DNA of 64,000 bases. It comes from a virus. Both the position numbers and the translations under genes were made by a program. Under the pieces are notes generated by a model, which saw only the letters and a program-made list of their open reading frames with translations, was not told the origin of the DNA and made no database searches. The stretch is taken from the IMG/VR virus record IMGVR_UViG_3300020037_009719, positions 1,663-65,662 of that record. One strand, written 5' to 3'. How positions within the stretch are numbered: position 1 is the stretch's first letter; the number at the start of each line of letters is the position of its first letter. Of the stretch, positions 28,530 through 37,052 are shown piece after piece.

Positions 28530-28778
28530 ATGAAAACGAGAACATCAATTTACCACCGCACCTTTGCTTTTGCTTATGTGCTGTTAGTAGCTGTTATTTT
28601 TTGCGGTTGCGAAGGTAACGTAGAGCAGAAATCAACACCATATAGGCTTAGTGGCGGTCTTAATGTAGAAATAGTGATAATTGATAGTTGCGAATACATC
28701 ATAATAAATGGTGGAAATGCAACTTGGGGAAGCCACAAAGGGAACTGTAAATTTTGTGCAGAACGTAGCAAAAAATAA
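28530..28778 (+). CDS. putative lipoprotein (cassette ORF)
   Basis: Signal peptide with an FCGC lipobox-like cysteine; GC-richer. Confidence 0.45.
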   Translation: MKTRTSIYHRTFAFAYVLLVAVIFCGCEGNVEQKSTPYRLSGGLNVEIVIIDSCEYIIINGGNATWGSHKGNCKFCAERSKK

Positions 28779-28780
28779 TT

Positions 28781-28879
28781 GCTACTAACGTTTTGCGTAT
28801 ATACGAGGTACGCCTTAACGAAAATTTCAAATTATAAACAAATGCTTGTAGGCGTATCTTGTATATACGCTGTTAGGCG
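28781..28879 (+). repeat. attC-like imperfect inverted repeat element 6
   Basis: gctaCTAACgttttgcgtatatacgaggtacgcc ... ggcgtatcttgtatatacgctGTTAGGCg. Confidence 0.6.
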
Positions 28880-28890
28880 AAGTACTTATT

Positions 28891-29130
28891 ATGGATTTTA
28901 GAAAAACATTAAAATACCTACGCATTGTGCAAACGGTATCAAACGAAGAAAGGCACAAACAAGGATTGAAAAGATTAGGTCGTGGCTATTTCAATGCACA
29001 CAGATTTAACCCTTACAATCCGCTTAGTTACATAGCACTCATTATTATACTAATTGTAGGTATATTAATGTTTGGCTTTGTCGGATTTTGGAAAGAAACT
29101 ACAACGCTCAATCCGTTTCGGTGGGATTAG
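28891..29130 (+). CDS. hypothetical membrane protein (cassette ORF)
   Basis: 79-aa ORF with a C-terminal TM helix. Confidence 0.45.
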   Translation: MDFRKTLKYLRIVQTVSNEERHKQGLKRLGRGYFNAHRFNPYNPLSYIALIIILIVGILMFGFVGFWKETTTLNPFRWD

Positions 29131-29136
29131 TATTTC

Positions 29137-29213
29137 GCCTAACGGTATCAAGCTAAAAGCTGACCGCCTTTATAAGCGGTTTGGTGATGGCGGTTTGATT
29201 TTAGGTTGTGTTA
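29137..29213 (+). repeat. attC-like imperfect inverted repeat element 7
   Basis: GCCTAACggtatcaagctaaaagctgaccgcc ... ggcggtttgattttaggttgtGTTATAt. Confidence 0.5.
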
Positions 29214-29238
29214 TATTTAGGTTTTTAAATTTTTAGCG

Positions 29239-29448
29239 ATGGAAGAAATGATAAATTGTAAATGCGAAAAATGCGGAGTTGATTACGAGAAACCTGCAAC
29301 TTTCAAAAAATGGAATGAAGAAAATACAAACGTGTTTTTTAGATGGAGTTTAGCATTTTGCGATATGTGCAGGCGAGAAAAAGAACGTGAAGCATTGAAA
29401 GCATTACCAAATGTTTTGAGTGCGTTGGCAGAAAATTTAAAAACTTGA
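29239..29448 (+). CDS. hypothetical Cys-rich small protein (last array ORF)
   Basis: 69 aa with CxC...CxxC...CxxC. Confidence 0.4.
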   Translation: MEEMINCKCEKCGVDYEKPATFKKWNEENTNVFFRWSLAFCDMCRREKEREALKALPNVLSALAENLKT

Positions 29449-29510
29449 ATATAACATAAATATATAACAACTGTCTTTTAAAACAGTAATAAAATTAACA
29501 GTTTTAAGTC

Positions 29511-30326
29511 ATGGAAACACTCATTGAAAGTAAAGTTAATCGATTTGTTGAAAAGTTAGAGTTAAAACGTTACTCTAAAAACACAAAAAATATATATCTT
29601 TCAAACTTTAAATCTTTTTTAAACTATTTTAAAGGAGATATAGATAATTTAAAAGATTCAGATATTTGTAATTATATTTTAACACAATCTAAAAACAAGT
29701 CGTACTCTTATCAAAATGTGTTAACAAATACTATTAAATTTTATTACGAAAAGGTAAATTATAGAAAAAGAAGGTTTTATAAAATAGAAAGACCTAAACA
29801 AGAAAGAAAGTTACCACAAGTGATTTCTAAAGAAGAAGTTTTAAAATCTATAGAGTTAATACCTAATTTAAAACATAAAGCAATAATTTCACTAGCTTTT
29901 TCTACTGGAATGAGAGTAAGTGAGATATGTAATTTGAAAATAGTAGATATTGATTCAAAGAGAATGATTTTAAGAATTTTAGATAGTAAAGGTAAAAAAG
30001 ATAGAATAGTTCCTTTATCTGAAAGTATACTAACTTTGTTGAGAAGTTATTGGCAAGAATATAAACCTAAATTTTATTTATTTGAATCCTATAAACCTGG
30101 GGTTAAATATTCGACAGCGAGTTGTAGACAAATATGGAATAAATATAAAATAAATAAGCAAAGTACTTTTCACACTCTTAGACATAGTTTTGCTACAACT
30201 ATGTTAGAAAATAAAACTGATATTAGGACAATTCAAAGACTTTTAGGTCATTCTAATTTGAAAACAACAGAAATATATACCCACGTTTCTACTGATTATT
30301 TGAAAACTTTAAAGTTACCTATATAA
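29511..30326 (+). CDS. tyrosine site-specific recombinase (integrase/XerC-D family)
   Basis: MRVSEI (Arg I), HTLRHSFAT (HxxR), LLGHS, IYTHV (catalytic Tyr). Confidence 0.8.
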   Translation: METLIESKVNRFVEKLELKRYSKNTKNIYLSNFKSFLNYFKGDIDNLKDSDICNYILTQSKNKSYSYQNVLTNTIKFYYEKVNYRKRRFYKIERPKQERKLPQVISKEEVLKSIELIPNLKHKAIISLAFSTGMRVSEICNLKIVDIDSKRMILRILDSKGKKDRIVPLSESILTLLRSYWQEYKPKFYLFESYKPGVKYSTASCRQIWNKYKINKQSTFHTLRHSFATTMLENKTDIRTIQRLLGHSNLKTTEIYTHVSTDYLKTLKLPI

Positions 30327-30352
30327 ACATATTGATTTTATTAAGGTTTGAA

Positions 30353-30378
30353 GTTTACTAATTATACTGTATCTTTAG
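30353..30378 (+). promoter_or_regulatory. GTTTAC-N11-TATCTTTAG promoter-like motif
   Basis: Exact consensus; 24 nt upstream of the ATG at 30402. Confidence 0.5.
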
Positions 30379-30401
30379 GTTATAAATTTAAAACCAATAA
30401 A

Positions 30402-30968
30402 ATGAATAAATCAGTAAACAAATCAGCAAAAGAAGAAGTTGCAGACTTCTTAGAAGGTAAACCATTCTTGAATTCAAGACAAGCTTATCGTGCATTTAAA
30501 ACTGCTAACCCAACATCAAAAGTAAGCCAAGGGTATTTCTACACCTTATTTACAACTTTCGGTGACAAGGAAACTAAAGCATCAAAAGTAATTGATTTTA
30601 TCAAACCAGAAATCTACGGTAATTGCTCTAAAGCTTACAAAGCTTATTGTGCTGACACTGAAGAAGGTAAGAGAGTTGTATTTGCATACTTCTTAACTAA
30701 CTGGAAGAAAGAATTAGGTATTGTTGGTTCAGCAAAAATCAAAAAAGAAAAAGTAGCTAAAAAAGAGAAAGTTGTTAAAGCAAAACAACCAAAAATTACA
30801 CGTGCGGTTGTTGAAGTTAAAAACTTATCAGCTAAACAAATTTTAGCTAAAATTGCAGAACACGACAAAGCTTCTAAAATTTTAAATTTCAACGTGAAAA
30901 ACAAAGCACGTATTTTAAAAGAAGCAATTTCTTTCTTTCAAACAAAAGGATTTGAAGTAATTGCTTAA
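30402..30968 (+). CDS. hypothetical lysine-rich protein
   Basis: In-frame ATG downstream of the promoter motif; KIKKEKVAKKEKVVKAK tract. Confidence 0.45.
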   Translation: MNKSVNKSAKEEVADFLEGKPFLNSRQAYRAFKTANPTSKVSQGYFYTLFTTFGDKETKASKVIDFIKPEIYGNCSKAYKAYCADTEEGKRVVFAYFLTNWKKELGIVGSAKIKKEKVAKKEKVVKAKQPKITRAVVEVKNLSAKQILAKIAEHDKASKILNFNVKNKARILKEAISFFQTKGFEVIA

Positions 30969-31032
30969 AGCATTACCCAGGAAGTCGAAAAGGGGTATAC
31001 TAGAGTAGACAATTACAAATATTTTTAAGAAT

Positions 31033-31311
31033 ATGTGGAAAGTAATAACTTTTGAATTAATTCCGTTTCTTTTAATTATTTTATTTATTACTGAGATTGC
31101 AATCCCATTACTTTTCGGGAAACCACTTTTTGGTTCTTTTCGCAAAACAAAAAAAGAACCAAAAGATGAAAGTTCAATTGATTCTAAAATTGAAACGACT
31201 TCAAGTGAGTATGAAAAGGTAAAGGAAAAAGCAAAAGAAGTAAAGAGTGAAATTCAAAAAGAATCAGAAAGAGTGAAAGACTGGGAACAAAAAGCGAATG
31301 ACCTACCGTAA
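31033..31311 (+). CDS. hypothetical membrane protein
   Basis: N-terminal TM helix, acidic tail. Confidence 0.4.
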   Translation: MWKVITFELIPFLLIILFITEIAIPLLFGKPLFGSFRKTKKEPKDESSIDSKIETTSSEYEKVKEKAKEVKSEIQKESERVKDWEQKANDLP

Positions 31312-31412
31312 CCAGTTAAAGTAAAAAAAAGGTATTAGTTGAATGTCTTTTTAATACATTTAGGTCTAAATTAAAAGTGAAAATAATTATTAACTAAAAA
31401 CAAAAAGCAAAG

Positions 31413-32606
31413 ATGAAAAATCTTAATCTAAAAAAAGTATTGTTCCTCGCAATTGGAATTATCGGCTTAGTTTTCTTGATTGGATACGCAGGTTCCATTG
31501 GAGAAGAAGTAAAAGCTGGTGAAATTGTTGTAATTCAAAAACCAGTATCTGGTGAATTATCTGTACACACAAAACCAGGTTGGGTGTGGCAACATTTTGG
31601 TATTGCTACTCATTACAAAAAATCTTTCCAATTCTGGTTTACCAAACCAACTGAAAAAGATGGAGTAGATAACTCTATAAAAGTTCGTTTTAACGATGGT
31701 GGTTATGCTAACATTTCTGGTTCAGTTCGTGTTGACCTTCCACTTGACCAGGTTGCAATATTGAATTTACATACGAAGTTTGGTTCTCAAGAAGCTATTG
31801 AACACCAGCTTGTAAAAACAGTATTAGAAAAATCTATCTATATGACAGGTCCACTAATGAGCTCTGCTGAATCTTATGCTGAGAAACGTAATAGTTTACT
31901 AAGTTATATTGAAGACCAAGCAACACAAGGTGTGTATAAAACGGTAACGAAGACAATTAAAACTATCGACCCTATATCAGGAGCTGAAAAAACTACTTCT
32001 GTCGTTGAAATTGTTGTAAATAATAACATGCCGCAGCGTCAAGAAAAATCACCAATATCAGAAACTCATATTAAATTATCTGGTCTTGCTTTGAATAGTA
32101 TTGATTATGATGCAACTGTTGAAAAACAAATTTCCGCTCAGCAACAAGCTGTTATGCAAGTTCAAACTGCTATTGCTAACTCAAAAAGAGCTGAACAAGA
32201 TGCCTTAACTGCTGCTAAACAAGGTGAAGCTTCTGCTGCTAAAGCTAAGTGGGACCAAGAAGTTATCAAAGCTAAAGTATTAACTGAAGCTCAACAAGAA
32301 TTAGAAAAACAAAAACTTGCCACTCAACAAGCTGTACTTTACAAGCAACAATTAATACTTGAAGGTGAAGGTGAAGCTACTAAACAAAAGTTGATTATGC
32401 AAGCGAATGGTGCCTTAGATCAAAAACTTGAAGCTTATAAAACAGTTCAAAAATATTGGGCAGATGCATTCTCTAAATACCCAGGAGCTATAGTGCCAAT
32501 GATCCAAACAGGTGGTAATTCATCAGGAAATGGAGCATTGAATTTTGCAGAACTCATGTCAATGAAAGCAGCAAAAGATTTAGCTCTTGATTTAAAAAAT
32601 AAATAA
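31413..32606 (+). CDS. SPFH/band-7-like membrane protein
   Basis: N-terminal TM, a central beta-rich region, and a long Ala/Gln/Lys coiled coil as in HflK/C or flotillin. Confidence 0.45.
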   Translation: MKNLNLKKVLFLAIGIIGLVFLIGYAGSIGEEVKAGEIVVIQKPVSGELSVHTKPGWVWQHFGIATHYKKSFQFWFTKPTEKDGVDNSIKVRFNDGGYANISGSVRVDLPLDQVAILNLHTKFGSQEAIEHQLVKTVLEKSIYMTGPLMSSAESYAEKRNSLLSYIEDQATQGVYKTVTKTIKTIDPISGAEKTTSVVEIVVNNNMPQRQEKSPISETHIKLSGLALNSIDYDATVEKQISAQQQAVMQVQTAIANSKRAEQDALTAAKQGEASAAKAKWDQEVIKAKVLTEAQQELEKQKLATQQAVLYKQQLILEGEGEATKQKLIMQANGALDQKLEAYKTVQKYWADAFSKYPGAIVPMIQTGGNSSGNGALNFAELMSMKAAKDLALDLKNK

Positions 32607-32624
32607 AAAGTACATAAATAAAAA

Positions 32625-32656
32625 AACCTTGAGAACACTCTCAAGGTTTTTTTTTA
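32625..32656 (+). terminator. rho-independent terminator
   Basis: aaccttgaga-acac-tctcaaggtt followed by T8. Confidence 0.7.
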
Positions 32657-32663
32657 ATCTATT

Positions 32664-32999
32664 ATGAAAAAAATAACTTTCACAAACGTTTATATAAAAC
32701 GAGTTTTCGATTCGACTTGCAGTATGTATTATATTGTGAAAGGTCAAGGATTACATCATAATGGGTTAGTTTATCATCAAGAGTCTCGTTCTTGTCTAGA
32801 AACTTATTTTATTGCTAATATAAGTTACAACATTGATACAAAGACTTATCAACTTGAATCGAAAGATTCAGTTTTACCACCTACAATAGTACAAATTGCA
32901 GAATCAGGAGCTCGAGTTGCTGACCTTTTAAGAAAAGAAGGGTTTTACAGAGCAGAATATAGTTTACAAGGTTTCACTTTTTCAAACTTAAATAACTAA
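32664..32999 (+). CDS. hypothetical protein
   Basis: 111-aa ORF. Confidence 0.4.
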   Translation: MKKITFTNVYIKRVFDSTCSMYYIVKGQGLHHNGLVYHQESRSCLETYFIANISYNIDTKTYQLESKDSVLPPTIVQIAESGARVADLLRKEGFYRAEYSLQGFTFSNLNN

Positions 33000-33514
33000 T
33001 GATAAAACCTAAGGTACCGTCTTTTTTTAAAGTGATAGCAATATCTATTATCTTTTCTTATTTCTTTGGAAAGCTTCAAAACAAAACAATTAATGTTTTA
33101 GAGTACCCTGTAAAGAAAGAAACTAATCTTTTTATTGAAAAAGAACTTACACCTTATTTAGATACTTTTCTTCTTGAGTCTAAGTATTATAATTATTCCC
33201 CTTCTAGAGTTTTCTACCTAGATACAATCCAATACGGTGTTTTACCTGATGGTGTTGCTGGTCAAACTTCTCTTTCAATACGAAGAGATACATTGCATGG
33301 TGTAATAACAATCAGTAGTGAGTATAGTAAAGACCTTATAAACAGTCGGCAGATATTTTACCATGAAGTAGGGCATTGGTTAGGTTTAGAACATGAACAA
33401 AACATTATTATGATAGAAGGTTACGATTTCACTGATACTTCTTGGGTTAATATGTTTGGAAGAAACTGGGAAACTTTAACATACCAATATTTTAAATCTC
33501 TCAAAGCTCTATAA
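32999..33514 (+). CDS. metzincin-type zinc metallopeptidase (HExxHxxGxxH)
   Basis: HEVGHWLGLEH motif; N-terminal hydrophobic segment. Confidence 0.55.
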   Translation: MIKPKVPSFFKVIAISIIFSYFFGKLQNKTINVLEYPVKKETNLFIEKELTPYLDTFLLESKYYNYSPSRVFYLDTIQYGVLPDGVAGQTSLSIRRDTLHGVITISSEYSKDLINSRQIFYHEVGHWLGLEHEQNIIMIEGYDFTDTSWVNMFGRNWETLTYQYFKSLKAL

Positions 33515-33570
33515 CTTACGCTGCGCGTAGATTTCTCTTATTTTCATTTTTTTGTTATTTTTAGTAGGAA

Positions 33571-33596
33571 GTTTACTAATTTAACTGTATCTTTAG
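33571..33596 (+). promoter_or_regulatory. GTTTAC-N11-TATCTTTAG promoter-like motif
   Basis: Exact consensus downstream of a tacgc-tgc-gcgta hairpin; 38 nt before the ATG at 33634. Confidence 0.5.
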
Positions 33597-33633
33597 GTAT
33601 CTTAATTAATCAAACAACCTAAACTTACAATTT

Positions 33634-34662
33634 ATGACAAAAGGTGAACAAATCGAAAACTTTTTAAAAACAAATACAATTGTTGATAAAAAATTAGCTT
33701 ACGAAACGTTTATTAAAGAAACAAAAATAGAAGTTTCTTTTGCCCGTTTTGATTATATCTGGAAAACAAAAGGAAACAATGCATCTCAAGTTATTTTAAC
33801 ACCTGCTATACCTCAAGTTAGAGAGAAGGTAAAACTTGTTAAAATTAGTGATATTCATTATCCAGATTCGATTTTAATTCCTTTCAAATCTAATACCCCA
33901 TTAGATATTTTAGCCTCTGAACAAGGTGGAGTTCTACCAGCTACAATTACTGTATCACCAGGTAAATCTGGTGTAGGTAAATCAACTATTTGGTTAGAAC
34001 ATTTAGGTAATGTTAAAAAGCAACATAAAAAAGCTCGTTTATTATTTATTTCAACTGAGATGAATGATATCCATTTATACAAATATTCAAAACGTATTAA
34101 ATTTGATGGTGTTGAGATTATGTTGTTAGGGGATTATGAAAACCCTGCTTACGCTTTAGAAGATGTTTTAAAAGAGGGTTGGGATATTATATTGTTAGAT
34201 TCATTTCAAGATTGTGTTGATAAATTAGTTGCATCAGGGTTATTTCGTTCTACTCAAGCTGAATCTTGGTTGTTAACAACAATGGATAAAACAAGAAAAG
34301 GTGAAAATGATTTAAAACTTTACACTTCATTTATTTGTATTCAACATATGACAAAAGGTGGTGAGTATGCAGGGTCATCAAAATTGAAACATATGACTGA
34401 TGCTATGGTAATGTTTGATTTTGATGAATTAGAAGAACCTTTTATTGAATATCAAAAGAATCGTGATGGTGCAATAAAGAAAAAACTTTACTTTAAAATT
34501 ATCAATGGACAAGGTACTGTTTACAATGAACACCGTTTCCAACAAGATGAGGAAAACAAACAGGAAGTAAGTAAAGTACGTAACCAAATATCACAAAAAA
34601 ATACTGACTTCGATGATTTCTTCAATATCTCTGCACAACCTAAAGTTGAAGAAACAGCGTAA
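33634..34662 (+). CDS. RecA-superfamily ATPase (DnaB-like helicase C-terminal domain / Sak4-like)
   Basis: Walker A SPGKSGVGKST; Walker B IILLDSFQ; RecA-like core. Confidence 0.5.
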   Translation: MTKGEQIENFLKTNTIVDKKLAYETFIKETKIEVSFARFDYIWKTKGNNASQVILTPAIPQVREKVKLVKISDIHYPDSILIPFKSNTPLDILASEQGGVLPATITVSPGKSGVGKSTIWLEHLGNVKKQHKKARLLFISTEMNDIHLYKYSKRIKFDGVEIMLLGDYENPAYALEDVLKEGWDIILLDSFQDCVDKLVASGLFRSTQAESWLLTTMDKTRKGENDLKLYTSFICIQHMTKGGEYAGSSKLKHMTDAMVMFDFDELEEPFIEYQKNRDGAIKKKLYFKIINGQGTVYNEHRFQQDEENKQEVSKVRNQISQKNTDFDDFFNISAQPKVEETA

Positions 34663-34672
34663 ATTGTTGGAA

Positions 34673-34698
34673 GTTTACAAGTTAATGCATATCTTTAG
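34673..34698 (+). promoter_or_regulatory. GTTTAC-N11-TATCTTTAG promoter-like motif
   Basis: Exact consensus; 27 nt upstream of the ATG at 34725. Confidence 0.5.
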
Positions 34699-34724
34699 AT
34701 TATAAATTTAAAACATATACACCT

Positions 34725-35795
34725 ATGAAAACACAAGCTCAATTCGATTCATTCAAAACAATTTCGTTAAAAAATGAACCATTAACTCGTGAAGTATTAC
34801 TTTCAGACTTACAAATTGTAAGCGAGAATGCTATTGCTTATCGCGGTAAAGAATTTAAGTGCACTGAACAGGCAATTAATGATATTGCTGACATTGTAGG
34901 TGTACCTAAAACTTTTGCTACCAGTTTTGGTAAATCATTTGGAACTGTAGGTAAACAAAAACTTGTTGAATTACAAAAAAGTGCTCGCATTGCTAGTGGA
35001 AAAGGTATTACAGTTACTTTAGCTGCTAATAAAGTTTTCGGGATTGTGGAACGCGTTTATAAAGGAAGTCAAATTTTACCATACGCAACGTATTTTGATA
35101 CATTTGAAAGATTAATGAACAGTCATAAACTTGACATTGTTGATTTCGGTCAAACACCAACAGGTGTATTCGTTTCAACAAAATCAGTTGAAGATGAGTT
35201 TAAAATTGGAAATTTTGGGAATGAAGTATTTCACCCAGGGTTTACATTAACGAACAACCTTTCAAACGGTTTAGTTTTAGATTCTTATTTATATCGTTTG
35301 ATTTGTACGAATGGAATGGTTGGTCAAAGTTTTGGACACTCTATTAAATACAATCCAGAGTCGATGACAGATTTCTTCAAATCTCTTATTGAATTTAAAA
35401 ATTCAGGATTGATTCCTTTAGGGTTCAGAGACAAAGTAACACAAGCTATTCATACGAAAGCATCTTATGCAGAAGTTCATTCAGCTGCAAAAATTATTAC
35501 AAACAATTCTAAACTAACAATTGATTTAGTTGACCGTTTTGTTCCAGTAAATGATATTCGTAGAAAATTTGCATTGAAAGGAGCAGATACTGTAAAATGG
35601 AACTCTGCACAAGAAAAAAATGCAATCACTAATGTTAGTGTTTGGGATGTTGTAAATGGTTTAACAGACTTTGCTTCTCATGATTATGGTTTTGATGTAA
35701 AAGAGTCTGACCGTTTATCAATGCAAAAACAAGCTGGTGATTTGTTAGGTAAACCAGCTTTTGATACTCAAAATTTAGTTCACGTTAGTTTATAA
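34725..35795 (+). CDS. hypothetical protein
   Basis: 356-aa ORF. Confidence 0.5.
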   Translation: MKTQAQFDSFKTISLKNEPLTREVLLSDLQIVSENAIAYRGKEFKCTEQAINDIADIVGVPKTFATSFGKSFGTVGKQKLVELQKSARIASGKGITVTLAANKVFGIVERVYKGSQILPYATYFDTFERLMNSHKLDIVDFGQTPTGVFVSTKSVEDEFKIGNFGNEVFHPGFTLTNNLSNGLVLDSYLYRLICTNGMVGQSFGHSIKYNPESMTDFFKSLIEFKNSGLIPLGFRDKVTQAIHTKASYAEVHSAAKIITNNSKLTIDLVDRFVPVNDIRRKFALKGADTVKWNSAQEKNAITNVSVWDVVNGLTDFASHDYGFDVKESDRLSMQKQAGDLLGKPAFDTQNLVHVSL

Positions 35796-35798
35796 AAT

Positions 35799-36110
35799 AT
35801 GCTAAAACAAGTTTTTTTAAAAGCACAAATAGTTAAAGGGGAGTTAGTACTAACTCCCCTTAATTATCAAGGGTTAGTTAACGACTGTAAAGTCAAAACA
35901 ACTAAACAGTTAACATTAGGTAAGTACTATCAAGCTGATTTAGTATTGGTAAATAAAGAATTCATTGTAGATGAAAAAACTTTATCTGAATTATCAAGTG
36001 CTCCTATGAAAGGATTTGTTTACGGTAAAACAGATAAACTGCAAAAAGCTCTGAAGGAGAACAAAGTTATCTTAGGGAGAAGTAACGATAATTATTTAAT
36101 TCAACTATAA
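35799..36110 (+). CDS. hypothetical protein
   Basis: 103-aa ORF. Confidence 0.4.
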   Translation: MLKQVFLKAQIVKGELVLTPLNYQGLVNDCKVKTTKQLTLGKYYQADLVLVNKEFIVDEKTLSELSSAPMKGFVYGKTDKLQKALKENKVILGRSNDNYLIQL

Positions 36111-36396
36111 TAAGAAAAGTAACTAACCTAGTTAAACAAATAAATTAAATAAAAAGTTGGTTCTAAACAAATAAGTTTCCAAATTTAGGTCATATTTAAA
36201 AGATGTATTAACAGAATTAAGATTACTAACAGCAATTTTATTTTATTCGGAAAAAAAAAAGATAGTAATCTGTAATATAAAACAACAATGAAAAATATTA
36301 ATAAATATAACGGCAATTATTTTAGAGGGTTTAAAAACCTTTCTACCGCCAAGGTATTTGTTAATTAACAAAACATAAGTTGTTTTAACATTTAAA

Positions 36397-36428
36397 AACC
36401 TTGGTAGAAATATCAAGGTTTTTTTATT
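36397..36428 (+). terminator. hairpin plus T-tract immediately upstream of the tRNA cluster
   Basis: aaccttg-gtagaaatat-caaggtt then T7; a related half-copy (aaaaacctttctaccgccaagg) lies 60 nt upstream. Confidence 0.4.
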
Positions 36429-36433
36429 TTTAA

Positions 36434-36505
36434 TGCGTTCTTAGCTGAGGTGGTTTAGCATTTGGTTGAAGCCCAAAAGACACTGGTTCGACTCCAGTAG
36501 ATCGC
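36434..36505 (+). tRNA. tRNA-Phe (GAA)
   Basis: Manual cloverleaf: acceptor GCGTTCT/AGATCGC (1 mismatch), D GCTG/TAGC, anticodon stem TTTGG/CCAAA, loop TTGAAGC, T arm ACTGG-TTCGACT-CCAGT. Confidence 0.75.
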
Positions 36506-36511
36506 ACAATA

Positions 36512-36585
36512 TGATTCTGTAGCTCAGTTGAATAGAGCAATTGCCTTCTAAGCAATAGGTCAAAGGTTTGAATCCTTTCAGAATC
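36512..36585 (+). tRNA. tRNA-Arg (TCT)
   Basis: Acceptor GATTCTG/CAGAATC, D GCTC/GAGC, anticodon ATTGC-CTTCTAA-GCAAT, T AAAGG-TTTGAAT-CCTTT. Confidence 0.75.
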
Positions 36586-36597
36586 ACTTAAAATAAA

Positions 36598-36679
36598 TGC
36601 CGACGCGCTAACGTTGGAGGGTTAGGACAGTCTGTAAAACTGTTACATAAGTCTAGTAGGTTCGAATCCTATCGGCGGC
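36598..36679 (+). tRNA. tRNA-Tyr (GTA), class II with 12-nt variable arm
   Basis: Acceptor GCCGACG/CGGCGGC (1 mismatch), D CTAA/TTAG, anticodon ACAGT-CTGTAAA-ACTGT, T GTAGG-TTCGAAT-CCTAT. Confidence 0.7.
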
Positions 36680-36762
36680 ACTAGCAGAACACAACTGCTG
36701 AAACAAATAGGTGATTCAGTTATCGGTGAGCAAGTCTGAACTAAAACAAAATGTTGCTTAAT

Positions 36763-36839
36763 GGACATATAGCTCAGCTGGTAGTAGCAAATGATTGTTA
36801 ATCATTAGGTCGTAGGTTCGAACCCTACTATGTCCGCCA
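36763..36839 (+). tRNA. tRNA-Asn (GTT) with encoded CCA
   Basis: Acceptor GGACATA/TATGTCC, anticodon AATGA-TTGTTAA-TCATT, T GTAGG-TTCGAAC-CCTAC, then G-CCA. Confidence 0.75.
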
Positions 36840-36848
36840 AGTAAACAA

Positions 36849-36934
36849 GCGAGTGTCGCATAGAGCCCGATTGCACCTGACTTCCAATCAGGAAAGATAA
36901 AATCACAACGCAGGTTGAAATCCTGTCGCTCGCT
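36849..36934 (+). tRNA. aberrant tRNA-like gene (anticodon TCC, Gly?) with 17-nt AT-rich extra arm
   Basis: Acceptor GCGAGTG/CGCTCGC (G-U), anticodon CCTGA-CTTCCAA-TCAGG, T GCAGG-TTGAAAT-CCTGT, 3-bp D stem. Variable region AAAGATAAAATCACAAC is atypical for tRNA-Gly. Confidence 0.45.
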
Positions 36935-36978
36935 CTCAGCCAGTTGTTAAATCTGGTGAAAATTAAAACTTAACAAAC

Positions 36979-37051
36979 GCAAAAATAGCTCAATTGGTAG
37001 AGCGTTGCCTTGCCAAGGCAAAGGTTGTGAGTTCGAGACTCATTTTTTGCT
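36979..37051 (+). tRNA. tRNA-Gly (GCC)
   Basis: Acceptor GCAAAAA/TTTTTGC, D GCTC/GAGC, anticodon TTGCC-TTGCCAA-GGCAA, T GTGAG-TTCGAGA-CTCAT. Confidence 0.75.
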
Positions 37052-37052
37052 C

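Noticed and set aside
26500-29300. CRISPR array as an explanation for the periodic repeats
   Set aside because: Repeats are long imperfect inverted repeats (77-99 bp) separating protein-coding ORFs of very different lengths. They are not short identical direct repeats with spacers.
36397-36428. Interpreting the hairpin plus T-run as a strict terminator isolating the tRNA cluster
   Set aside because: It sits 6 nt before tRNA-Phe. No separate promoter motif is seen for the tRNAs, so read-through/processing is as likely; kept only as a low-confidence structural feature.
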